A DNA stretch of 64,000 nucleotides from Magallana gigas (Eukaryota), in contig NC_088856.1 of NCBI RefSeq assembly GCF_963853765.1, forward strand, positions 29,078,001 to 29,142,000. The letters are read 5' to 3'. This document shows positions 39,430 to 49,870 of this stretch, one piece after another (positions within the stretch are counted from its first letter, which is position 1; each line of letters begins with the position of its first letter). A model generated the notes under the pieces. That model was not told where the DNA came from. It ran no database searches and saw only the letters and a list, made by a program, of their open reading frames with translations. The translations under genes and the position numbers were made by a program.

Positions 39430-42326
39430 TTATTCTACTAACAGCCCAGTATTTCTACGGATCGTTACTCCTATAGGGAGACGATCTCGGTCATTTTGAC
39501 GGCTGTTCTGTGTAACCCCAACGTTTTTTGCATGTATATCGATCAAAGGAACATCTTCAACCTTGGAAATTATCACATGCAGACAACAGGATTTTTAATA
39601 CTCTTCACTTATTTATAAACTATTGTTGAATTATATTCCCAATATTTTGAGGGCAATATGATACGATTATTACTACTACACGATATATTTTTTATGTAAA
39701 AACACCCAGTGAAAATGTGCTAGGCAGGTCCTAGAAACAGCCGCATTGATATCTTAAAAATAAACATTTGAGGCAATATACATTGTTTTGAGTGGAATTA
39801 ACACGTGCAATTGACATGTCCATCTCTATATCGAAGAATACTTAATATGGCGGTAGTCGGAAATAAAAGGGTAAAAAAAATGCGTATTCATGAATTGATG
39901 TCAGCTTTAAGGTTTCATTTGAAAGGGAAAAGTAAAAAGATTTTTATCCATAGCTTTAATATTAATTTGCAATTACTGTACCTAGCACTTGAACCATTTT
40001 AAACTATAATAAGTAATACAATAATTATTATCTTAAATGGACTCTGATCTCCCCGATTCTTATTTACAGACTGTCTGAGGCAAAACGTTAAGATATCTTA
40101 ATTTTGTTTAATCAAAAACATAAAAAAAAACTCTCGATGTAATTGAAATGTCTTTAAGCTGCAGAGACAATTATCTAGATTTAAATGTATGTTATTCAAA
40201 CAAGTCGTACAAAACGAGTTTTACAAAAATACGTATTGATTCATTACCTGTAAACGCAAGTGAAATTGCATTAAATAGATAATCCAATATCCAGTTGTCT
40301 TGATAGGATCAAAGACCCCATCATCACCAAGCACTTCAATGAATTATCCAGGCAGCGGTTCATGAGCCTTGTTGACCTTATTTTTTTGTCTCAATTTCTA
40401 TCAATGAACTTTGATAGATCGTATGGTTTATAAACTTAGTTAACTGATTTAACTGTACACAAACACGGCTAAATAACACAGAAATTTAAGGCACCTCACA
40501 GATCATTGATGTTTTGAAAACGTGTGTTAATGATGATATATTTTATTAGCTTAAGAGACTACCATCCTGTACATTTGATGGTAAAAGTATAAACATTTCG
40601 TGAACTGGCTTGTTTCTGCCCAAAACTGAATAAAACCGTTGTCGTAAAAGAAAAGACAGTTAGTATGAGGTTTTATAAATTGTTTTTATGCTTATTACGC
40701 ATACAAGAGCAGTACAATGCCTTTTAAATTACTAAGAACTGCGCAGCTACAGACTTAAATTAAAAGTTTAAAAATCTTTTAAAATATGATAAGTCATTAG
40801 TGTCCACTCGACAACCATTATTTGAGAAAAGATTTAAACTTGCGTATTTAAGTTGAAACTTTGTCTCAAAAGAGAAGCCTATTCTTAGAATGGGTCTTAG
40901 AATCGCACGGGATATTTAGGAGTATACTCAAGTTACATTTACATTGAAAAATATATGTACATTTTTCAATTTAAACTATTAATTTTTTGTTTGGACCCCT
41001 TCCCTGCTCTGATAAGATTTAAATTTAATTTACACCTATAGAACTGAAAAAACAACCAACTGATATAGAAATGTCTGCCACATTCAATACAGATTGTTTT
41101 GAATCGACATTTATTTTTTTTCTATGACAATATAACGTCAATTTGCCGTTATAGACACAGCATTTCTAAGTTTTGACTGGAATTTTTTTTTGTTCTTGAA
41201 ATAAACCCATGCCGACTGATAAAATTTCTGAGGCAAAGCTACAACAATGTTGTGCAAGATTCAACCCTTTTCTCAACAAATCGTTGTAGAGAGAACACTT
41301 CTCTTTTTTTCAGAATATTAAACTTTAAAATTAAGTCTGCAGCTGCACAATTATTCTTAGTGATTAAAAATGCATTGTTCTGTTCTTTTGGGTCTAATTT
41401 GCATACAAAACAACATGAAGAACCTCATATTTATTGCTTTTTCATCTTTTGACAACAGTTTTGGGAAGTTTTGGACAGAAACAAGCCAGTTCAAGAAATG
41501 TTTACATTTTTAGTTTAAAATGTAGGTGTACAAGATGACTGCACATACCCCTTAAAAATAAGATGGGAAAACCCATACAGCATTAGTTTACAGGACTCAA
41601 AATATTAAAAGTATAACATATTACAAAAAAAAAAACACATCACTAAGATTTAACCATAAATTTAAAATTTCAAATCCGCATTGGTAAATGACATTGATAT
41701 TCTTTAACAGAAAAGAACTGTTAACAGCTACTGTGGAAATTTTTATGCAAACATTCGACATCATCATTCAATATCTTTAGCAAATCAGACGTATAATTTT
41801 ATCTCATCCTATTAAGTTAATGATTACAAAAGGTATAGCTCCCTCTCAATTCGCAAATGGCAATTGAAAGGAGATTAAAAATTATCTTGAAATTCAAACT
41901 GTGGAGGTTTTTTATGACCAAAGTTATTCATACTAATAAGGCGTGCCACTTTTCTTCTATCAATTTTAAGACTTTTCGAAATCAAAACCATAATAAAATT
42001 TCTAAAATGTATTGTTTTAAAATGAGCTTCCGACATACGTTTAGTGCAATATGAGTATGGTCTTTAAATTATCTTATTAATATTCGATGATATTTCATAG
42101 ATGTTATAAAATTTATTGTTTTAACCATTCTATGTTCTTATCTTTTTTAAGTTTCTAGTAAGTTTAAGGTTAGAGTTAAAGTACTAAACATTAATATCGA
42201 TGCCCTGCGATTGCTATCAAAAATGTTGCAAAACAAATTAATGACAAATATGGGTTTCGGTACATTTGTATTAGTCTTGAAATCTAGCCTATAACGAAAG
42301 TAAGACGTTCTAAACTCTTTCAGCAA

Positions 42327-44315
42327 ATGGCCGAGTCATCAAGTGTGGAGCCTGAAAAGGAATCATTTCGTTGTCCGATATGTCTCGAGAGGTTAAACAT
42401 TCCTCGATACTTGCCATGTTTACACACTTTTTGTGAGGTATGTATTCAGACGTTCATGTCAAGTTCGACAAACCGAGATAAAGAAGATGATTTGAATGTC
42501 ATCAACTGTCCAGTATGTAGACAACAGGTTAAGGAACCAGAAAAGGATATTTCTAGCGAGGATTGGGCGAAAGAGCTACCGCTAAATAAATGGGCTTTGG
42601 CGATGACATTTAAACCAGAAAACGATTCCATGAAACATTGCATGTTCTGCAAACGGGGAGAGCTAACAGTTTTGGCCACACATTGGTGTAAATCTTGTGC
42701 AGAACCTCTTTGTGACGACTGTAAACGTCTCCATGCAAGGGTCCCTATTCTTCAGGGTCACAAAATTGTTGAGATCAGCCAAATAGAAAAATGGTGTGAA
42801 GCCGTCGATATAGAAGAGACCTGTGGGATTCACAGAGGGAAAACTGTCGACATCTTTTGCAAAGACCACAACGAACTATGTTGTGGTGTGTGCTTTGCAA
42901 ACCGTCATAAAAGATGTGCTAATTTTGATTCAATCGATGCATTCGTGATGAGTCTTGACAAAGACCAAATTAAAGACAAACTTAAATTATTATCCAGCCT
43001 TCATGATTGTATTACCAAGCTGCAGGAGGAAAATAAGAGACAGATTGCTGTTCTCTGTACTTCAAAAGAGGACATTTGCTCTTCATTCGCAAACAGAATT
43101 GAAGAAGCTAAAATGTATTTAGACCAGGCTCATGAACAATGGCTGAAACGTTTCGAGGTAGAACATGCTCACCAAACAGACCAAATTGAGGTAGTGTTGG
43201 ATGAACTAAAGCGATTTGATATCACGGTCACTGAAGCTAGGTCCATGCTTTCATCGGTTCTTGACAACGGTTCTGACAAACAGGTTTTTATAATTCAGTC
43301 GAAAGTTAACGGTCAAATTCTTAGTCACTTCAACCGTTTGAAGTCATTGGATATATGGGACCTGACTGAATCTTATGGTTTTGACACAAATCAACTTGAT
43401 AATATAACGGATTCCATGAAATTTGAAGATGTGATTCTTTCAAAGAGGCCAAGCGATGCTCCAAAGAGAATGTCTGTTCAGGGGAAATCTCTTTTCTTTG
43501 ATTTGCCAACTTCTAAGCCATGGCTAGAAGATCTGGATCTAATGTCTTCAACCTTTCATGAAACATCCAGCTCAAAAACAAACCTTTTGGCGTATTTCGC
43601 ATTATATATAGATGACGAAAATGTTGTCATTTCGGATGAAAATGCATTGAAGGTGTATAATACCTGTACTGAAAAATTGATAAGCACACACCATTGTGAC
43701 AGTAAACCATTTGACATTTGTCATGCATATAGTATGAACAGAATGTATGTTGCATTTGGGACTTTTGTTGTCCAGTATGAAATAAACAATCAGGGTATGG
43801 AATTCATTGAACTTGAGAAGATTCAAGTAGAAGGAGTCGTGCAGGGAATAGCAAGGACTATAGACGGGTTCTTTACCGCCAACGAATCATCAGTCTCATT
43901 TCGATGGAGTGATTTCACAATAAAGTTTTACCTACCATATGTCAAACCAGGAGCCAGGCCTTTTATTTGTTCGTCATTTTGTGGTAGAAAAGTAGCATAC
44001 ACCACAGAACGCTATGTCATAGTCATGGACACAAAGGGAAACAAGTTGTCGGAATATTCTTGTTCCGGTATTAAACCAAGTGGTCTGTCTTTTGATTCTG
44101 ATGACAATATCATTGTTTGTTCATCTAGTAGTCTGCCAAAGCAAATCAAATTTGATGGAACATCAAGGCGAAGTCTGGAAACTGGTTCTGATCATGATCA
44201 CTTTCCCAAGAACATTATATTTCATCCAGAAGGTCACAAATTTATAACAATTAGTTTGTGGAGAGGTATTGTATTACTGTTTGGTCGAATACAAGAATTT
44301 GAAATAGAGAAATAA
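42327..44315 (+). CDS. TRIM copy 5, intact 662-aa E3 ubiquitin ligase (RING, two B-boxes, coiled coil, NHL-like beta-propeller)
   Basis: Same domain motifs as copy 4 in an uninterrupted ORF. Confidence 0.92.
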   Translation: MAESSSVEPEKESFRCPICLERLNIPRYLPCLHTFCEVCIQTFMSSSTNRDKEDDLNVINCPVCRQQVKEPEKDISSEDWAKELPLNKWALAMTFKPENDSMKHCMFCKRGELTVLATHWCKSCAEPLCDDCKRLHARVPILQGHKIVEISQIEKWCEAVDIEETCGIHRGKTVDIFCKDHNELCCGVCFANRHKRCANFDSIDAFVMSLDKDQIKDKLKLLSSLHDCITKLQEENKRQIAVLCTSKEDICSSFANRIEEAKMYLDQAHEQWLKRFEVEHAHQTDQIEVVLDELKRFDITVTEARSMLSSVLDNGSDKQVFIIQSKVNGQILSHFNRLKSLDIWDLTESYGFDTNQLDNITDSMKFEDVILSKRPSDAPKRMSVQGKSLFFDLPTSKPWLEDLDLMSSTFHETSSSKTNLLAYFALYIDDENVVISDENALKVYNTCTEKLISTHHCDSKPFDICHAYSMNRMYVAFGTFVVQYEINNQGMEFIELEKIQVEGVVQGIARTIDGFFTANESSVSFRWSDFTIKFYLPYVKPGARPFICSSFCGRKVAYTTERYVIVMDTKGNKLSEYSCSGIKPSGLSFDSDDNIIVCSSSSLPKQIKFDGTSRRSLETGSDHDHFPKNIIFHPEGHKFITISLWRGIVLLFGRIQEFEIEK

Positions 44316-45345
44316 ACATCATTTTCATACATGTATACATGCGCATCGCAGGACCGATAGTTACATGTAGTGTTTCTGTTTTACATTCATCGCGGGGCTA
44401 ATGGCCCAATACCTTTACGGCAACGATAAAAAAAATTAACCCCATTTTGGTTTTATTGTGTTGTCTTTATTGATTGATTTTATTAGTATTACTTGATGTC
44501 CTTTAATTCTCTGTTAGTTGTCAACTTTTAAATCAGAATACTGGGAGTTGATGCATGTATCACCTGGGAAAATAAGGTGTTTCAATATATATCCGGCGAC
44601 AATAAAACTAAAATGCTTTAGATGGTAAAAAGCACTTTATTTGAACTTTAGGTCGGTATGGGTGATTTCTGGGAATCCAAAAACTACACCCGGACAATCC
44701 GAAACCTAATTCCTCTCTCCCGACATTGGTGTATAACACAATATAAATAAGAATTGAAAACAATAGAAATAAGCACTTAAGCACGAGTGACATATGTCAT
44801 AGAGTAAAACTTCAATATGGGTGAGTCAATTAAATCAAAGGTGAGGTGTAAAAGTTAATAAAATAATTAAGCAATTATAACTGAAGTGAATTATTGTCTT
44901 GTACAAAGGGCAAGGTATATTTATGAATAGATAACAGTTACTCAAATTTCACTCTATAATACATGTGTCATACTATCCAAATTGGTGTTTATGCCATGCA
45001 ATCCATTTCTCTTCGAGTTTGCCAACAATGCATATACATGTAACATTCAACAACTATCCTACAGTTCCAAACTTGAATTGCAGCATGTTAAATTGTACTT
45101 TTTCAAAATAGCTTATATTAGTTACCCGTCGTTCCCCCCATATCCGAGCAAGTGTATAACAAAAGATACATTTAGTAAGTCGATCATCGCTCGATATTAC
45201 ATATAGTAGTTCTTATTCTCCAATAACTAATAATTGTATGTAAAATTCATGCACCTACTGCCACCTAGTGATTATTTTTTGTATTACTTCTTAAGAAAAC
45301 TGTTATGGTCATACCGCTACTGACAAAACCGATTCGCAACTTCAT

Positions 45346-45458
45346 CTGAGGCGTGTTCAGCCGGGCGGGTACTGGCGTGCGCTCGCTAAAACTTGAGTTG
45401 CATGGATAAGGAATTTTGGCGAACGCTCGCGAGCACTCTTATGCTTAACATACCTCAG
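45346..45458. mobile_element. Very small inverted-repeat-bounded element
   Basis: CTGAGGCGTGTTCAG ... CTTAACATACCTCAG. No clear target duplication. Confidence 0.35.
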
Positions 45459-46468
45459 GTTAGATTAAGGTGCTATTAGGAAAGAAAAAAGAATTGACCT
45501 ATAAGGCAGACGGATTTCCCCAAAAAATTACTCTTGAATATCAAATATTTTTTTTTTATATTTTCTATTGTAGATATACATTTTAAATTTTTCAATTCTG
45601 CATTTTGAAACTATCATATTGCTTCAGTATAGATTAATTTGTCCACGTATTCCTTGAACATTCTAAAATTCCAACACGTTATTTCTATACTTTTCTTGTA
45701 CCTATTATAAATTTGCTAAAAAAATAGTTGCATTGTTAAACTGTGTGTTATTTTATACTTTGGTTATTTAACATAATAACATAGTAAGCTAAAATTAATC
45801 AATAAATTGTGTGTGTGTTATTTTCTTCGTTTATTTCTATATTTAATGATTAAATTTCATAGATAATAGTATGTAATTCCTAATTAAACGCGAAGAATTA
45901 ATATCCGCTTAAAATTGCAAGAAGCACAAATCATGAATGTTAAAATATCGCCTTTTATTTTTTGGACAGATGTACATGTAAACTTAATGAAATTATGGTA
46001 AAAATTGGGCGTTTGCGATTTTTTTTATATTCAGGGGAATTTAAACACTATCCATCATGAGCAAGAAGTCTCTCATTGAAACATGATGAAGAACTATATA
46101 TTTATTAAGATGTATTCTCTATTAATGCATATTTTATGCCACAGACATCGAATAGCTTTCAACTCCATTTTTTTTCAGTGTGACTATATTTAGACATAAA
46201 ACGCAATCACGTGACACTAAACCAATGTCCAAAATAACTCGGTTTGTTTGTATGTGCAATTTCCGGATGGGTTTAAATGACCTGTAAATTGATAGGCAAT
46301 GACTTATGATGCTTGAAACCTTCCTTCCTTCCTTCCGTATGATAAATTTCGAGTAGCTCTTTTTATTTCCGTTGTCATAATCAAAAAGTAAAACATCTAT
46401 TTTGAGTCACTTTAAATTTAATGGACCTAGACCATAAACGAACGACCTAATAATTCGGTCAGAGATAG

Positions 46469-48900
46469 TGTGACCCACGGAAAATGTACAAGTCGATCGT
46501 TATTCATTTTACAAGATTTATTAAAACTCCGCAAACTTATTACACTATTCCGCGAGGTCGGGAGTCGGTGGTTCGAGCGCCGTGGCCGTCGCTCTCCAAC
46601 TGCCGAATAATTAAACATGACCAACAATTACTTATGGATAACAAAACATAGTTTTAACAATAGAAAATAATAGAAAATCAAATATAAAGAGTTACTTCAA
46701 TTAACGGATCACTTAGAAAAACTTATATTAGATAAACTGAGTGTCAATTTAGAGTGTCCAGATCAAAGTCACTCAACGTGGGTGACAAGGGGAATTAAAA
46801 GTGTCATGTCCAAGGGGTACATTTCATACGGTGATAGTTGCCTCTTCCTCCCGATGAACACGTCCCCTTGTTCCGAAGAAACGTACTGCTGTGGACTGCT
46901 TGTTCCTCCTCGGCCAATTCTGGAACTTGGTACATCACACTTCCAATTGCTAGTAGACTCAAACCGTCTGTGAGCATGGGTCGAATTCACCGCAGCTTTA
47001 CCACCCCTGCGAATGTGTTCCGAATGTTTTCGTTGCTAAGTATGTAATAAATCCAGAAGTGCTCGAATGGTAGTTCACGAGACTTCACCGAGATTTCTTC
47101 AGTTCCTGTGAATTTCGAGCGGAAGTATAAGTGTTCGGATAATATTCTCAAAATACGTAAGACTTAGTACTGGTCGATTTTCATATCTTATCCTACTTTG
47201 ATTCATGTTAAAACATCAACATCTTTTAAGATGTATGTCTTATTTCACCATCTAGCGGTTTTTTAAATCAAACGATGATACTCGAAACAGAGTTATCGTT
47301 CGTGTTCAACCACGTGTAGAGAACATTGGGTTGCTTAATAAAATCATAACCATGTTTGATGCTTGTGGTGTGCAATACCATGTTTTAAAAAAAATAATGG
47401 GTGAATGTTTTGCATAAAAACTTAGTATATCGAGCCATTTTCAAGGAACATTCTGCATAAAATAGTACAGTCTGTTTCACTATTAGTGTTATTACTAGGT
47501 CAGGCGCGGATCGAAAATAAATTCTTAGGGGGGATGTCTACTACGCATGTTAATTGTCGCAACAGCAGAAAAAAAAACTATTTTTGTATTGTCACATTTA
47601 TTTCTAGGACACATTTTACCCACCAATTAATGAAGATAAAGTTTAAAATCAATAAACCTCTAGAATTTATATTTGACTACAAGTACCTAGATTCTCTAAA
47701 ATAGACTACAATAAACACCGGGCACGATTTTTACTGCGAAACTGAAGGGTCAAATAGAACCACATGATTTAAAATTTAAATGACAATAACATTCGCAGGG
47801 GTGTTTACGAAAGTGTCCCCTTGAATCTCTTGTCATTGTCTTTTCCTTTAGTTCTTCTTCACTGTCACGTAGCGTGCTATTTAGGTGTCGTATTTGTTCT
47901 TCTAGCTGCTGAATTTCTTTGTCTCGTTTCTGTAACTCAGCCAGCACTACAAAATGACGGTTTTCGAAGAACTTTGCTTTTGCAGTTTGGTGGTTAATAT
48001 CTTCCTGCAAAACGTTGATTTTCTGCTTTGCATCATCCAGTTTATTCTTAGTAAGCTCTTCATTGAATTCAGAGTCTTTTATCTTGGAAAAAGGAAGTTC
48101 CGCAAGGAATAAACGTTTTTCGTTGAAAACTCTGATCCGGTTTCTGTCGCGTTGAATTTTCTTCTCCGATTTTCTTTTGTCTGTTTGTGTCGCGCAATCT
48201 GCCCTCTGAGTCTCTACGACTTTAATGGCGTGAACGTCATTTCGGCGGTTAATTTTCTGTGTCTTGCACATCTGCGCAAAATGTCCATTCTTTCCACATT
48301 TAAAACACTTAGCAAACCGTGCAACACAATTCCATACGTGATGAGCAAGTCCACATCTTCTACAAGCAGGATTCTCTTTATGTACGAAGTACTGCGTCGG
48401 GTAACTCACAGGCGTAGTCCAGGCTGGTCCATACGAGCACTGGTACGAATCCATTTGGGGGAATTTAGCTGAAAATACTTCATGGGATCGTGTATCAAAC
48501 TAAAAAGTTGATACGCCGGATTCTAACACCAATTGTGACCCACGGAAAATGTACAAGTCGATCGGTATTCATTTGATAATATTTATTAAAACTCCGCAAA
48601 CTTATTACACTATTCCGCGAGGTCGGGAGTCGGTGGTTCGAGCGCCTTGACCGTCGCTCTCCAACTGCCGAATAATTCAACATGACCAACAATTACTTAT
48701 AGATAAAAAAAAAACATAGTTTTAACAATAGACAATAGAAAATAATAGAAAATCAAATATAAAGAGTTACTTCAATTAACGGATCACTTAGATAAACTGA
48801 GTGTCAATTTAGAGTGTCCAGATTAAAGTCACTCAACGTGGGTGACAAGAGGAATTAAAAGTGTCATGTCCAAGGGGTACGTACATTTCACACGGTGATA
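46469..48900 (-). mobile_element. Non-autonomous Gypsy-type LTR retrotransposon (2.4 kb, no pol)
   Basis: LTRs at 46469-46836 and 48534-48900. A 4-bp ATAG duplication lies on both sides. PBS TGGTGTTAGAA starts 2 nt after the 5' LTR. Polypurine tract GGGAGGAAGAGG at 46852-46841 precedes the 3' LTR. Confidence 0.85.
47750..48454 (-). CDS. Gag-like zinc-knuckle and coiled-coil protein, 234 aa, inside the LTR element
   Basis: CRRCGLAHHVWNC followed by a canonical CCHC knuckle CFKCGKNGHFAQMC. Heptad-rich C-terminal half. ATG lies just downstream of the PBS. Confidence 0.7.
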   Translation of the reverse strand: MDSYQCSYGPAWTTPVSYPTQYFVHKENPACRRCGLAHHVWNCVARFAKCFKCGKNGHFAQMCKTQKINRRNDVHAIKVVETQRADCATQTDKRKSEKKIQRDRNRIRVFNEKRLFLAELPFSKIKDSEFNEELTKNKLDDAKQKINVLQEDINHQTAKAKFFENRHFVVLAELQKRDKEIQQLEEQIRHLNSTLRDSEEELKEKTMTRDSRGHFRKHPCECYCHLNFKSCGSI

Positions 48901-49792
48901 ATAGCATCCATCAAGTAACTTTAATTAAATTGTTTGGACCCAGTTACCTGGACCCGTTCTCAACACACGACCAAACGAAGAAGGCACTGTAGCGACCGTC
49001 CCCAGCCCACAGAGCTCTAGAAAATCTAAATGGCCACAGCTGAACTTTGTGTCCAAACTTGATGTGTTCTTTTAATATAGCTTTTTTGTAATTTTCTGAA
49101 CAGTGATTTTGGAATTTCTGGAAAAATATAAACAGTGAAATTAATTTTCTAACTGTTATCCATGTATGTTTTGTTTTTTACCTATTGAGAAGCCAATTCC
49201 CTAAAAAGTTTTCTCTGTACTTTTTCAAAACATGTGAGTGAATAATTTTAATTTGTCCGATCGAAACGTTTAGGTACATGTCTATAGAAAACGAAGTTAA
49301 TTGGTCAATAGTAGGATTTGGATGAGCCTTGTTTTGGCAATCCAAACTAAAATTTTAAGCAATATGCTTTGTTTTTTCTTTTTCATTTGGAATTTTATTT
49401 CATCGGGAGGATTGATCGCCATCCACCCCCCCCCCCCCCCCTCCCACCCGATGATCATTCAAACTCAGCGATTATGTCTGCTAGGCCTATTAGACAAGCA
49501 AGGAGCTGAAAATGTGAAAATCCATAAAATTGACATTTTGCAGCGTAAAACTTATTTCAAATTACGACTTATTTACAATGTATATGAACATGTAAGTTAT
49601 AAAAGCATCTACACGCTTATTCTTATCCCCCCCCCCCCCCAAAAAAAAAAATATGCACGATCTTCAAAACAGTCTCCCCCTCTTAAATTAAAAATGTATC
49701 CATAGATCCGCCCCCTATCGAATTAAAGTGAACTAAATATAAACATTTCTTCTAAACAGGAATTGAAAAGAAAATATCTTTCGGGATCGAGA

Positions 49793-49822
49793 TCACGTGA
49801 CTCGTCCAATTTAAACTTCCGT
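49793..49822 (+). promoter_or_regulatory. Proximal promoter motifs of the phosphatase gene
   Basis: TCACGTGA E-box (49793), CCAAT (49806) and ACTTCCG ETS-like site (49815), all within 80 nt of the ATG. Confidence 0.45.
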
Positions 49823-49870
49823 AATGGTTAAATCAACTTTTCCCAGCTGAAACAAACGAGCGAAAGAGTA

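Noticed and set aside
14765-43826. Short antisense and alternative-frame ORFs overlapping the TRIM genes
   Set aside because: Shadows of real coding sequence. Their boundaries are not conserved between paralogues.
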